64,000 nucleotides of DNA from the NCBI GenBank assembly GCA_951406725.2, contig OX597817.1, positions 54,064,001-54,128,000 on the forward strand, in the 5' to 3' direction. The notes beneath the pieces are model-generated. The model had not been told where the DNA came from, did no database searches, and worked only from the letters and a program-made list of their open reading frames with translations. This document shows positions 13,411-25,479 of the stretch, piece after piece; within the stretch, counting starts at the first letter, position 1; each line of letters begins with the position of its first letter. This stretch comes from Octopus vulgaris. Its lineage: Eukaryota. The position numbers were made by a program, and so were the translations under genes.

Positions 13411-13974
13411 CTAAGCCGTGACCATCCCGCTTTTTTTGCTTACGGGATTGTGTATCAACACATTTTTTTCAGTTTCACTTACCTTTCATTCGAGACGATA
13501 AGGTATGAATTTAAGGGAAAGTTGTCTACTATTTCTAGCCGATCATACAACTTCTTGAAGGATCCCTTATCGGTTCGATGATGATGATGAGGAGGATGAT
13601 GATGATGATGATGATGAGGATGATGATGATGATGAGAAGGATGATGATGATGCTGATATGATGACGATGAGCATATGATGACGATGATGACGATGATGAT
13701 GATGAGGATGATGATGATGATGATGATAAAGATGATGATGATGATGATGAGGAGGAGGAGGATGAAGGTCGTCTTGCTAAACTTATAAAATACTTGCGCT
13801 CCTCCCCTTCCTCGTACTTCACTTCCTCCTCTTCCACCTCTTCTTCTTCCTCCTCTCCTTCTGATCAACTTCCTTTTCCTTTTCTTTCTTTGTCAACCTC
13901 TCCCTCCCCCTCCGTCGCACAATAACTACGCTGGAAGAGTTTACACACAAACCAAATGGACAACTAACAGCTAC

Positions 13975-16268
13975 TGATGTTGCTGCTGCTGTTGCATGTG
14001 TTATTGCTGCTGTTGCTGCGGTCATTGCTGTTGCTGTTGTTGTTGCTGTTGCTGCTGTTACTGCTGCTGTTGCTATTGTTATTGCTGCTGCTGCTGTTGC
14101 TGCTGTTATTGCTGCTGTTACTGCTGGTTTTGCTGTTGCTATTGCTGCTGTTATTGCTGTTGTTATTGCTGCTGTTATTGCTGCTGTTATTGCTGCTGTT
14201 ATTGCTGTTATTGCTGCTGTTATTGCTGTTATTGCTGCTGTTATTGCTGTTATTGCTGTTATTGCTGCTGTTATTGCTGTTGTTGCTGCTGTTATTGCTG
14301 TTATTGCCGCTGTTATTGCTGTTGTTGCTGCTGTTATTGCTGTTATTGCTGCTGTTATTGCTGTTATTGCTGCTGTTATTGCTGCTGTTATTGCTGTTAT
14401 TGCTGCTGTTATTGCTGTTATTGCTGCTGTTATTGCTGTTATTGCTGTTATTGCTGCTGTTATTGCTGTTGTTATTGCTGTTGTTAATGCTGTTATTGCT
14501 GCTGTTATTGCTGCTGTTATTGCTGTTGTTGCTGCTGTTATTGCTGCTGTTATTGCTGTTGTTATTGCTGCTGTTATTGGTGTTGTTGCTGCTGTTATTG
14601 CTGTTGTTGCTGCTGTTATTGCTGCTGTTATTTTTGTTGTTGCTGCTGTTATTGCTGCTGTTATTGCTGTTGTTGCTGCTGTTATTGCTGTTGTTGCTGC
14701 TGTTATTGCTGCTGTTATTGCTGTTGCTGCTGTTATTGCTGCTGTTATTGTGGTTATTGCTGCTGTTATTGCTGTTGTTGCTGCTGTTATTGCTGCTGTT
14801 ATTGCTGTTGTTGCTGCTGTTATTGCTGCTGTTATTGCTGTTGTTGCTGCTGTTATTGCTGTTGTTGCTGCTGTTATTGCTGTTATTGCTGCTGTTATTG
14901 CTGTTATTGCTGTTGTTATTGCTGTTGTTGCTGCTGTTATTGCTGCTGTTATTGCTGTTGTTGCTGCTGTTATTGCTGTTGTTGCTGCTGTTATTGCTGC
15001 TGTTATTGCTGTTGTTGCTGCTGTTATTGCTGTTATTGCTGCTGTTATTGCTGTTGTTATTGCTGCTGTTATTGCTGTTATTGCTGTTATTGCTGCTGTT
15101 ATTGCTGCTGTTATTGCTGTTGTTGCTGCTGTTATTGCTGCTGTTATTGCTGTTGTTATTGCTGCTGTTATTGCTGTTGTTGCTGCTGTTATTGCTGTTG
15201 TTGCTGCTGTTATTGCTGCTGTTATTTTTGTTGTTGCTGCTGTTATTGCTGCTGTTATTGCTGTTGTTATTGCTGCTGTTATTGCTGTTGTTGCTGCTGT
15301 TATTGCTGCTGTTATTGCTGTTGCTGCTGTTATTGCTGTTGCTGCTGTTATTGCTGCTGTTATTGTGGTTATTGCTGCTGTTATTGCTGTTGTTGCTGCT
15401 GTTATTGCTGTTATTGCTGCTGTTATTGCTGTTGTTGCTGCTGTTATTGCTGTTGTTGCTGCTGTTATTGCTGTTATTGCTGCTGTTATTGCTGTTATTG
15501 CTGTTGTTATTGCTGCTGTTATTGCTGTTGTTATTGCTGTTGTTGCTGCTGTTATTGCTGTTGTTGCTGCTGTTATTGCTGCTGTTATTGCTGTTGTTGC
15601 TGCTGTTATTGCTGCTGTTATTGCTGTTGTTGCTGCTGTTATTGCTGCTGTTATTGCTGTTGTTGCTGCTGTTATTGCTGCTGTTATTGCTGTTGTTGCT
15701 GCAGTTATTGCTGTTGTTATTGCTGTTATTGCTGTTGTTATTGCTGTTGTTGCTGCTGTTATTGCTGCTGTTATTGCTGTTGTTGCTGCTGTTATTGCTG
15801 TTGTTGCTGCTGTTATTGCTGCTGTTATTGCTGTTGTTGCTGCTGTTATTGCTGCTGTTATGTTTGTTGTTGCTGCTGTTATTTTTGTTGTTGCTGCTGT
15901 TATTGCTGCTGATATTGCTGTTATTGCTGTTGTTATTGCTGTTGTTGCTGCTGTTATTGCCGTTGTTGCTGCTGTTACTGCTGTTGTTGCTGCTGTTATT
16001 GCTGTTGTTGCTGCTGTTATTGCTGTTGTTGCTGCTGTTATTGCTGCTGTTATTGCTGTTGTTGCTGCTGTTATTGCTGCTGTTATTGTGGTTATTGCTG
16101 ATGTTATTGCTGTTGTTGCTGCTGTTATTGCTGCTGTTATTGCTGTTATTGCTGCTGTTATTGTGGTTATTGCTGCTGTTATTGTTGTTGTTGCTGCTGT
16201 TGTTGCTGCTGTTATTGCTGCTGTTATTGTGGTTATTGCTGCTGTTGTTGCTGCTGTTGCTGCTGTTC
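13975..16268. repeat. 2.3-kb compound trinucleotide array (GCT/GTT/ATT)
   Basis: In-phase mix of 9/12/21-bp units such as gctgctgttatt; gives poly-L, poly-(AVI) and poly-(N/S) ORFs. Confidence 0.95.
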
Positions 16269-16896
16269 GGTTCTACACACAACTGTGAAACATATATTGG
16301 AGATATTGGCACATTCTGTAGAATCACCTTCAGAGACCCGCAACCACCACCAAAACCACCACCACCACCACCACCACCACCACAACAACAACAACATTGT
16401 CAGAATTGCTCTGCGTGGTCTCGTTTCACTCTTTTTTCTTTTTAAATCGTTATTGTTGTGGTTAACGTTGATGTTGTTGTTGTTGTTGTTTTCCTAGCTT
16501 TCAGTCACCCCCACCCATCACCCCATCAAACTCCACCATCTCCAGCGGTCAGTTTTAACCAAGATGTACTCTAAACACTTTCTCTTTCCAATAAATGTCT
16601 ACAAGCTAAACGAAAATTGCTGGAATGGAAGAAACACGTTATGTCTCTCTCTCTCTCTCTCCTCCGCTCTCTCTTTCTCTCTTATTAGCTTCTATTATCC
16701 TCCACCACCATCTCTCCTTTAGTTACTCTCTTCTTATACTTCTCTTCCTTATTTTCCTTATTTACTCTTTCTTCTCTCTTATTCTCATCTTGCTCCTCCG
16801 CAATCACTCATTCCATGTCTTCCCCCTTTCTTGTTCTTCCTCTCTCTTATTCATATAATTGCTCATCTCTCTCTTTCTCACTCTCTCTCTCTCAAT

Positions 16897-17173
<277 letters not shown>

Positions 17174-17199
17174 AGTCTGTCTGTCTGTCTGTCTCTCTC

Positions 17200-17260
<61 letters not shown>

Positions 17261-17300
17261 TTATCAATCTATCTGTCTGTCTGTCTGCATCTATCCATCC

Positions 17301-17380
<80 letters not shown>

Positions 17381-17890
17381 GTGTACAAGTGCATGCGTGT
17401 GTTTGTGTGAGTGCGTTTGTGTGTGTGTGTGTATGCATGCACATATACGCATATATCGTACTCAGTGCCTGTCTAACTGTCTGTCTGTGTCTGTGTGACC
17501 TCTTCTTCAACCCAATACCGCACAGCTCCACCAATCATCCAGTCCCTGACAGTTTTATTATGTAGCTTTCATCTGAATGCCAAAGCTTATTAAAAGCAAG
17601 CTCCATCTTTGCAAACGGAATCTCTGTGACATAAATACTGTCTCCTTGATTGTTGTTCATAGATTTAGAGGAGGAGGAGAAGGAGGAAGAGGGGGGAGAG
17701 GAAGACCGGTCTGTGGTGGCCTGTGGTCAAACATAGATGGATAGATTGAGAAAGAGAGAGAAAGAGAGAGAGAGAGAGCAAGTGAGTGAGGAGGAAATGA
17801 CAGGTAGGTGAAGTGGAGAGCTAGATAAACATATATAACAGCTATATATATATATATATGTTTCTATATATATGTTTGTATACATATGTA

Positions 17891-17959
<69 letters not shown>

Positions 17960-17981
17960 ATATGCATGTATACATGTATAC

Positions 17982-18016
<35 letters not shown>

Positions 18017-18305
18017 TAATTTCAACAATTGAGGGTAAAATTAATTAATTATTAATTAATTTCACCAAGTGTTCAGTATGCAAAGGGACCATTTAAGGCG
18101 AATTCAAATTATTACAATATATAAAAGGGCTTAGTAAAATAAATTACTTTGCCGCATACTGAACTCATTAGAAATAGCAGCTAAAAAACTTTTTTAAAAA
18201 CCATTTCTAATACTTAAAGAAAATCTCTCTCATATAGTGTTTGGTCAACTCAACTCACGAAAGTTTGGGGGTAAAGACATCAAAAAATCAAATGCAAAGG
18301 TTATT

Positions 18306-18357
18306 TGAGAACGTACGTTTCAAGATTAGTCATCACAACACTTCTATCATCAGCTCA
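18306..18357 (-). ncRNA. Type I hammerhead ribozyme, 561-bp unit copy 1
   Basis: TGAG CTGATGA [stem II] GAAA CGTACG TT CTCA. Confidence 0.75.
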
Positions 18358-18866
18358 GAAACTCCTTGGTTTGGATTTGAAAACACTGAAAGTGAGAGCA
18401 TACTCTTTCGGCCTCTCATCGCTTTCGAAGATCTGCTCGTAACTAACAGTGCCAACAAACTCAAACATGCAAGCGAAGAATTTCTGCTCTCCCCTTTCCA
18501 CCAGCGTGGGTTAAAATCAACAAACACTCTGCTTATTTCGGTAAAATCCGAAGCATTAATTAGAGGGAGATTAATTATAATTTCAACAATTGAGGGTAAA
18601 ATTAATTAATTATTAATTAATTTCACCAAGTGTTCAGTATGCAAAGGGACCATTTAAGGCGAATTCAAATTATTACAATATATAAAAGGGCTTAGTAAAA
18701 TAAATTACTTTGCCGCATACTGAACTCATTAGAAATAGCAGCTAAAAAACTTTTTTAAAAACCATTTCTAATACTTAAAGAAAATCTCTCTCATATAGTG
18801 TTTGGTCAACTCAACTCACGAAAGTTTGGGGGTAAAGACATCAAAAAATCAAATGGAAAGGTTATT

Positions 18867-18918
18867 TGAGAACGTACGTTTCAAGATTAGTCATCACAAC
18901 ACTTCTATCATCAGCTCA
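18867..18918 (-). ncRNA. Type I hammerhead ribozyme, 561-bp unit copy 2
   Basis: Same sequence as 18306-18357. Confidence 0.75.
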
Positions 18919-19453
18919 GAAACTCCTTGGTTTGGATTTGAAAACACTGAAAGTGAGAGCATACTCTTTCGGCCTCTCATCGCTTTCGAAGATCTGCTCG
19001 TAACTAACAGTGCCAACAAACTCAAACATGCAAGCGAAGAATTTCTGCTCTCCCCTTTCCACCAGCGTGGGTTAAAATCATGCGGCAAAAGTATGCGGCA
19101 AAGTAATTTATTTTACTAAGCCCTTTTATATATTGTAATAATTTGAATTCGCCTTAAATGGTCCCTTTGCATACTGAACACTTGGTGAAATTAATTAATA
19201 ATTAATTAATTTTACCCTCAATTGTTGAAATTATAATTAATCTCCCTCTAATTAATGCTTCGGATTTTACCGAAATAAGCAGAGTGTTTGTTGATTTTAA
19301 CCCACGCTGGTGGAAAGGGGAGAGCAGAAATTCTTCGCTTGCATGTTTGAGTTTGTTGGCACTGTTAGTTACGAGCAGATCTTCGAAAGCGATGAGAGGC
19401 CGAAAGAGTATGCTCTCACTTTCAGTGTTTTCAAATCCAAACCAAGGAGTTTC

Positions 19454-19505
19454 TGAGCTGATGATAGAAGTGTTGTGATGACTAATCTTGAAACGTACGT
19501 TCTCA
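19454..19505 (+). ncRNA. Type I hammerhead ribozyme, inverted copy
   Basis: TGAG CTGATGA TAGAAGTGTTGTGATGACTAATCTT GAAA CGTACG TT CTCA. Stem I TGAG/CTCA; stem III ACGTACGT is palindromic; stem II imperfect. Confidence 0.75.
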
Positions 19506-19694
19506 AATAACCTTTGCATTTGATTTTTTGATGTCTTTACCCCCAAACTTTCGTGAGTTGAGTTGACCAAACACTATATGAGAGAGATTTTCTTTAAGTA
19601 TTAGAAATGGTTTTTAAAAAAGTTTTTTAGCTGCTATTTCTAATGAGTTCAGTATGCGGCAAAGTAATTTATTTTACTAAGCCCTTTTATATAT

Positions 19695-19740
<46 letters not shown>

Positions 19741-19776
19741 CATGAAACACACAAAAGCCGTTCGATTCACTTCAAC

Positions 19777-19885
19777 ATTTAAGTTAAATTTGTCAAAATA
19801 TTTTCGTCGCTAAAATCCGCGATGCAGCACAGATTTTTGTCGCGGATTTTAGCGACGAAAATATTTTGACAAATTAAACTTAAAT
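19777..19885. repeat. ~46-bp-arm inverted repeat, each arm carrying the 3' part of a hammerhead-like motif
   Basis: atttaagtt..tcgtcgctaaaatccgcga / tcgcggattttagcgacGAAA ATAT TT TGAC..aacttaaat. Stem II GTCGC/GCGAC; CUGANGA absent. Confidence 0.7.
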
Positions 19886-19897
19886 ATATATACATGG

Positions 19898-19928
<31 letters not shown>

Positions 19929-20183
19929 AAATTTAATAAGGGTAGAAATTGATATTAGTCAATTAAAACCAGTGGCCAAACATATTAAAAAGAATCCGAA
20001 GATTAAAATATTTTTACATACAAATTTAAAGGACTGAACACGAAAAGTGTTGTACAGTCAACATGCTAGATATAGACGTCAAATCGCTATTTTCCACAAA
20101 GAGTATGTTCTCAAATAAAAACTCAGCACAATACCAAAGCATTAAACAAGACAACTGAAAATATACGAAATAAAAATAATTAC

Positions 20184-20248
20184 CCATGTACTGAATCAGT
20201 TTCCATTATTATTATCCGCAAGGATAAACTGTAATCTCGTCAGCATGG
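20184..20248 (-). ncRNA. Mirror hammerhead copy with C11.1>G
   Basis: Reverse complement of the 20413-20477 motif, but TAATG-GAAA instead of TAATC-GAAA. Confidence 0.75.
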
Positions 20249-20412
20249 TCTGTTATAAAATACAATTTGCTGGACTAGATGCAAAAACGAAGTGAAGGCA
20301 AAGTGAAGGCATTTGAAGAATACATTCAAATATAATCGGTTGAACTCCATGCATGCGAGACTCCGGTCAATCGTTTTTGCATCTAGTCCAGCAAATTGTA
20401 TTTTATAACAGA

Positions 20413-20477
20413 CCATGCTGACGAGATTACAGTTTATCCTTGTGGATAATAATAATCGAAACTGATTCAGTACATGG
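20413..20477 (+). ncRNA. Canonical type I hammerhead ribozyme, predicted cleavage after GUA (20472)
   Basis: CCATG CTGACGA GATTA..TTATCC-ttgt-GGATAA..TAATC GAAA CTG-att-CAG TA CATGG. All core nucleotides and all three stems are present. Confidence 0.88.
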
Positions 20478-20688
20478 GTAATTATTTTTATTTCGTATAT
20501 TTTCATTTGTCTTGTTTAATGCTTTGGTTTTGTGCTGAGTTTTTATTTGAGAACATACTCTTTGTGGAAAATAGCGATTTGACGTCTATATCTAGCATGT
20601 TGACTGTCCACCACTTTTCGTGTTCAGTCCTTTAAATTTGTATGTATATATATATACATACATACACCTGCATATATATACATCTATG

Positions 20689-20724
<36 letters not shown>

Positions 20725-20934
20725 TATATATATATATGAGCAGCAAAAATATTCAGAAGCGCATATTTATATAGATATTAATATTGCTATTATTATCGAA
20801 GACAATATAGAATAGTTGATAATAACAACAGTATTACTATAAGTGGTTGCAGGCCTAAATCAGCATTATATAGGAACATAATTATAATTATATTAAACAT
20901 AAGGACACATTAAATTGTCTACCCGCTGAAAATG

Positions 20935-21078
20935 AGTAACTGGTACTTATTTAATCGACCCTGAAAGGATGAAAAGCAAAGTCGACCTCGGCGGAATTTG
21001 AACTCTGAACGTAGCGGCAGACGAAATACCACTAAGAACTTCGCCCGGCGTGCTAACGTTTCTGCCAGCTCGTCGCCT
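20935..21078 (-). mobile_element. SINE family 1 copy
   Basis: Reverse complement of ggcgacgagctggcagaaacgttagcacgccgggcg...gagttcaaattccgccgaggtcgac. Confidence 0.85.
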
Positions 21079-21364
21079 TGCCAGCATTACAATATTACTG
21101 ATGACAGAAGAGATAAGCTATTGCTCCTTTTTTGGTGGGCAATCTTCCTTCGTTTGACAACCAAATGGGAACATGTTTCTTGACAAGACTCCATTCCTAT
21201 GTCTTATAAGAATGTGGCCAGGTCAAACTGTCTCTAATCGTAGTTTAAAGTCTTCAACAGAGAAGATGTAGGTGAAATTAATTTTCCATTTATATGCAGA
21301 TCTTGTCATGAAGACTTTCTATTTCCTTAACAAGGTAGAACAAAAGTTTACTGTTTGAAATGTC

Positions 21365-22195
21365 TTAGAGATAAGCCGTCACCTTGAAATATTCTTGTTG
21401 ATAGTTCAATTCTTTTAGTGACTATAATGGCAGCTTTAGTTCTTATCGATAGCTCTGTGGACCATATTATTGTCAGTTTCGTAATGCGATGGACTGGAGA
21501 AGATGGAAACTAGGCAAGGTATATAGTGAGTATAGTATCCACCAGTGAAGGCAAAAGTCAAATGCCTTCTTGTAGCCTAACCATACAGTCATCACGTCTC
21601 AGTGAATCTGTTTCGCTTGCTTATGGACAGCTTCGTTGATGAGGCGCTGTTCGATACAACCTCAAAATATTTTTATTTCCTCCTGCCTGCTTATTGGTCC
21701 TCGCATTGCGTCTTTCGTCTTGATCCCGAAGGAATGTATTCAAGCAGCGTATATAAACAACCAAGCACATTATGGGTCACATACATCTTGCTTTTAACAA
21801 CTATTGTTGTACGTGCACATAAAGCTCAGCAAACATTGTTCTTTTGAGCAGATAAACGAAGACGGTCTTGTATACGGTGAGATTACTTTATAAATAACCG
21901 ACACTCAGGTCTCTCCCAGGTGATTTTTGCAACGATCATCAGGTGAGTCTCACTGCTGTTGTTATGAATTTAGAGAGATACGTTTCTATTTCCTCCGTAG
22001 CTCAACTAAATATATTGCATCACAATCGTGTTTGTTCGCACTCCAGATCCCTTCCCACATTCATCGCTTGAGGGTTAAGTACAACTCGCGATTGACAGCC
22101 CTTTTTGATAACGTAAATTCCCACTTTTTGTTTGCAATTCGCATTTAAGGGCAATCTGCTTGCCCGTAGTGTCTCTTGCTGATATTGTAAAACCT
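21365..22195 (-). pseudogene. Decayed reverse transcriptase of an R4/Dong-clade LINE
   Basis: Peptides WEGIWS, KSPGRDL, GCIEQRLINEAV, WLGYKKAFD, WSTELSIRTK..RIFQGDGLS, with stops and frameshifts. Confidence 0.75.
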
Positions 22196-22199
22196 TTCA

Positions 22200-22426
22200 A
22201 TGCGGCGAGATGGCAGAAACGCTCGCACGCCGGGCGAAATGCTTAGCAGTATTTCGTCTGCCGCTACGTTCTGAGTTCAAATTCCTCCGAGCTCGACTTT
22301 GCCTTTCATCCTTACGGGGTCGATAAATAAAGTACCAGTTACGCACTGGGGTCGATGTAATCGATTTAATCCCTTTGTCCTTGTTTGTCCCCTCTATGTT
22401 TAGCCCTTTGTGGGCAGTAAAGAAAT
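22200..22426 (+). mobile_element. Full SINE family 1 copy with 18-bp TSD
   Basis: TSD atattgtaaaa(c/t)ctttca at 22182-22199 and 22427-22444. Confidence 0.9.
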
Positions 22427-22741
22427 ATATTGTAAAATCTTTCATAAAGTCGCTGCTGGTTGTCATGGAATTTAGAAATTATTTTTCATTTAATGATAGT
22501 GTCTAATTATCGAATATTGTTTCTCAGTCTGTCGATATTTATCTGGTAAAATCAGATTCATTTTACTAGTTTTTTTTTCTTCTCATTACGATCGACTTCC
22601 ACTTATTGGCGAATAGATGTAAGTTTGTCATTAGTTCTTCTTAGCTGTTTACATTTTCTCCAATTCTTGATGCGACCATCTCATTCACAAGGTGGCTGAT
22701 CTCAATAACATTTTTTTCATTTTTTTTCATTTCATTTCATC

Positions 22742-22965
22742 AAGTTTCAGCTCACGAGCTGTGACCATGCTGGGGCACCGCCATTCGGTGTTGCTACATG
22801 ATTTTACTTCACGAATGCTTTTTAGCAATTGACATTTGGTGCATGAGAGAGTTTGATGCAGCTGCCCTCATCTGCACCTCCTGTCGTGAAGTTGGTTCAT
22901 CTGGGACACCTGACAGGAAAAGGTCCAGCTTTATTTTGAAGACATCTGCATCCACAACAGTGAAT
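22742..22965 (-). mobile_element. CR1-like LINE 3' end
   Basis: VDADVFKIKLDLFLSGVPDEPTSRQEVQMRAAASNSL plus tail ggtgccccagcatggtcacagctc; homologous to 40225-40510. Confidence 0.8.
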
Positions 22966-24143
22966 GACTTCTGCTTCTCTTTCCATTCAACAATACCTGA
23001 CCTATCCTACACACACCGAGTTACTGTTTTTGTTGGACTGTTTCACTAGTATTTAGTTTTTTTTTAATAGTTTGGATACTTTCTGTTTCTGGCGTGTCTT
23101 AGGAGTGGCGGTCAGGAAACCCTTCTTGCGTATAGCGTTGCAGTCGGTTTTAGTGACAATGTCATGTTGGTTTGCAAACAATTGTATGTATGTATGTATG
23201 TATGCATGTATGTGTGTGCATGTACTATGTATGTGTGTGTATGTATGTATGCATGTATGTATGAATGTATGTATGTGTGTATGTATGTGTGTGCATGCAT
23301 GTATGTATGTGTGTGTATGTATGTATGCATGTATGCATGAATGTATGTATGTGTGCATGTATGTATGTATGTGTGTATGTATGTGTGTATGTATGTATTT
23401 ATGTATGTGTGTGTAAGTATGTATGTGTATGTATGTGTGTATGTATGTGTGTATGTATGTGTGTATGCACGTTTGTATGTATGTATGTATGCATGCGTGT
23501 ATGTATGTATGTATTTATGCATGCATGTATGTATAAATGTGTGTATGTGTATGTTTGTATGCGTATGTATATGTGTATGTATGTATGTATGTTATGTATG
23601 TATGTAGTTATGTGTGTATGTGTATGTATGTCCGTAGCTACGTATATTGTATGCATGTATGTATGTCTTCCTTGTCATTTATTAGAATTGTTCCTATAAA
23701 GAGGGAGCTGTAATCTAACAAACAAACAAAAGCTCCATCATTAATGTACGGATAACAATAACGATAACTGCTACATGCTGAACTTTCAGATAGTCTTGCA
23801 CAATTTTACTGTTCCACTTACAGATTGTATCTGTAAAGTGCGTGTTATCTTTTTCTATGCTCCAAAATTTTAGTTTTTCCACTTTGTCGTTATATAAGTG
23901 TCTATGTATTCATGTATGCCTGCCTGCCTGCTTGCTTGTCTGTCTGTCTGTATGTATGTATGTATGTATGTATGTATGTATGTCTGTGTTTGTTCCTATA
24001 TATGTACGTATGGATGCATGTATGTATGCTTATATGTATACGTTTTTTCAAAATTTAAAGTTTTCTTTCGCCAGTTTCAAGCGGGTCAATAACAAAGTGA
24101 CAAGATCTTTTTGATTGAATGAAACCGGTTCCAGGCATTTGTG

Positions 24144-24195
<52 letters not shown>

Positions 24196-24286
24196 GGGAA
24201 AGAGTTGAATCCATCTGAACATATCTGGGTGTGTACATGGATATGCTTGTTCTCATGCAATGTGTGTGCATCTATATCTTTCGTAT

Positions 24287-24381
<95 letters not shown>

Positions 24382-24431
24382 TTAAATCCTTAAAAATGTT
24401 TTAGCTCGAAGGCCGCGGCCATGCTGGGGCA

Positions 24432-24468
<37 letters not shown>

Positions 24469-24479
24469 CTTCATCGCTC

Positions 24480-24970
24480 TCTCCCCCTCTCTCTCACTCT
24501 TCCTCCTGGACTCTCGTTGCTCACACGTGACCAACAGCTATCCATCTTCCTTTCTTCCACTTCCTTCCTAAAGACAAGACGTGCTTTTGTTTGTCTCTTC
24601 TCAAAGCCACGTTTTTCCAGTGTTCCCCACTTCACATCGTCTTGACTCTACAGCCCTCACCGTTTTTACTGTTTTGTTCTTACTGTCCTGTTCTTGTTAC
24701 CACTTTCACCCTCCGCAAAAAATCCCAAATTTTATTTAATTTGGTTTGCGGGAAGGACTGTTTTAAGTAAGTCGCGTATTGTTCTTACCTTCGAAAACAC
24801 GGAGTAGATAAAACAGGGGACAACTAATGAAGGGAACGTTCTTTATGATGCCTGTCTCGTTTCTCTATTTGTTTCTTTCGTTGTTCGAAAAAAAAGCTCG
24901 TTTTCTATGTTTTTGTTTTTTATGTTCTCGTTTCTCATTTTGTCTACGTTTTTTTGATGTCCTGTACCAT
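24480..24970 (+). repeat. Interspersed repeat family B copy
   Basis: Homologous to 6865-7235; between TA repeats. Confidence 0.75.
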
Positions 24971-24997
24971 ATATGCATGTATACACACACACATATT

Positions 24998-25032
<35 letters not shown>

Positions 25033-25168
25033 AGGTATGTACATATATGTGTGTATATATGCATATATTTTTATATTATTTATATTATTATATGATTGAA
25101 CGTCACGTGTTAGTGTGCGCGTATTGTGGATATTGGCGGCAGTGTGTGCCTACAATTCAGGCCGTATT

Positions 25169-25199
<31 letters not shown>

Positions 25200-25216
25200 T
25201 TCTCTCTCTCTCTCTT

Positions 25217-25257
<41 letters not shown>

Positions 25258-25479
25258 GTTGTTGCGTTTAACCCCAGGACAATCCTGATCCAACAGACTT
25301 ATGATCAAAAGCAGTCTAGGCACAACAACTACTTGCTTTTATTCAAAGCAGTCTACCTTAGACTACATTAGCCAAAGTATCCTCTTTTAAAGACGCAAAG
25401 AAATGATTCGAGTGAAATTCGGCTGTTGTTTCTAGCAGATGGTATGATTACGAAGAGAGACGCCCTCATTACTTCGTGA

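Larger units (their letters stand above)
18016..19695. mobile_element. 561-bp hammerhead-bearing unit: ~1.9 tandem copies plus ~1.08 inverted copy, within (TA)n
   Basis: Period 561 (18241/18802; 19091/19652). Inversion at ~19081-19091. Copies nearly identical; flanked by TA repeats. Confidence 0.9.
20015..20646. mobile_element. Divergent inverted pair of 276-bp pLTR-like arms (20015-20290 / 20371-20646) in (TA)n
   Basis: Near-perfect inverted repeat; 80-bp spacer starting with the duplication aagtgaaggca-aagtgaaggca. Confidence 0.9.

Noticed and set aside
18241-19570. 122-aa and 64-aa ORFs repeated three times
   Set aside because: They recur only because the 561-bp unit is duplicated. Starts are non-ATG, no motif is recognisable, and the 122-aa ORF is antisense to the ribozyme
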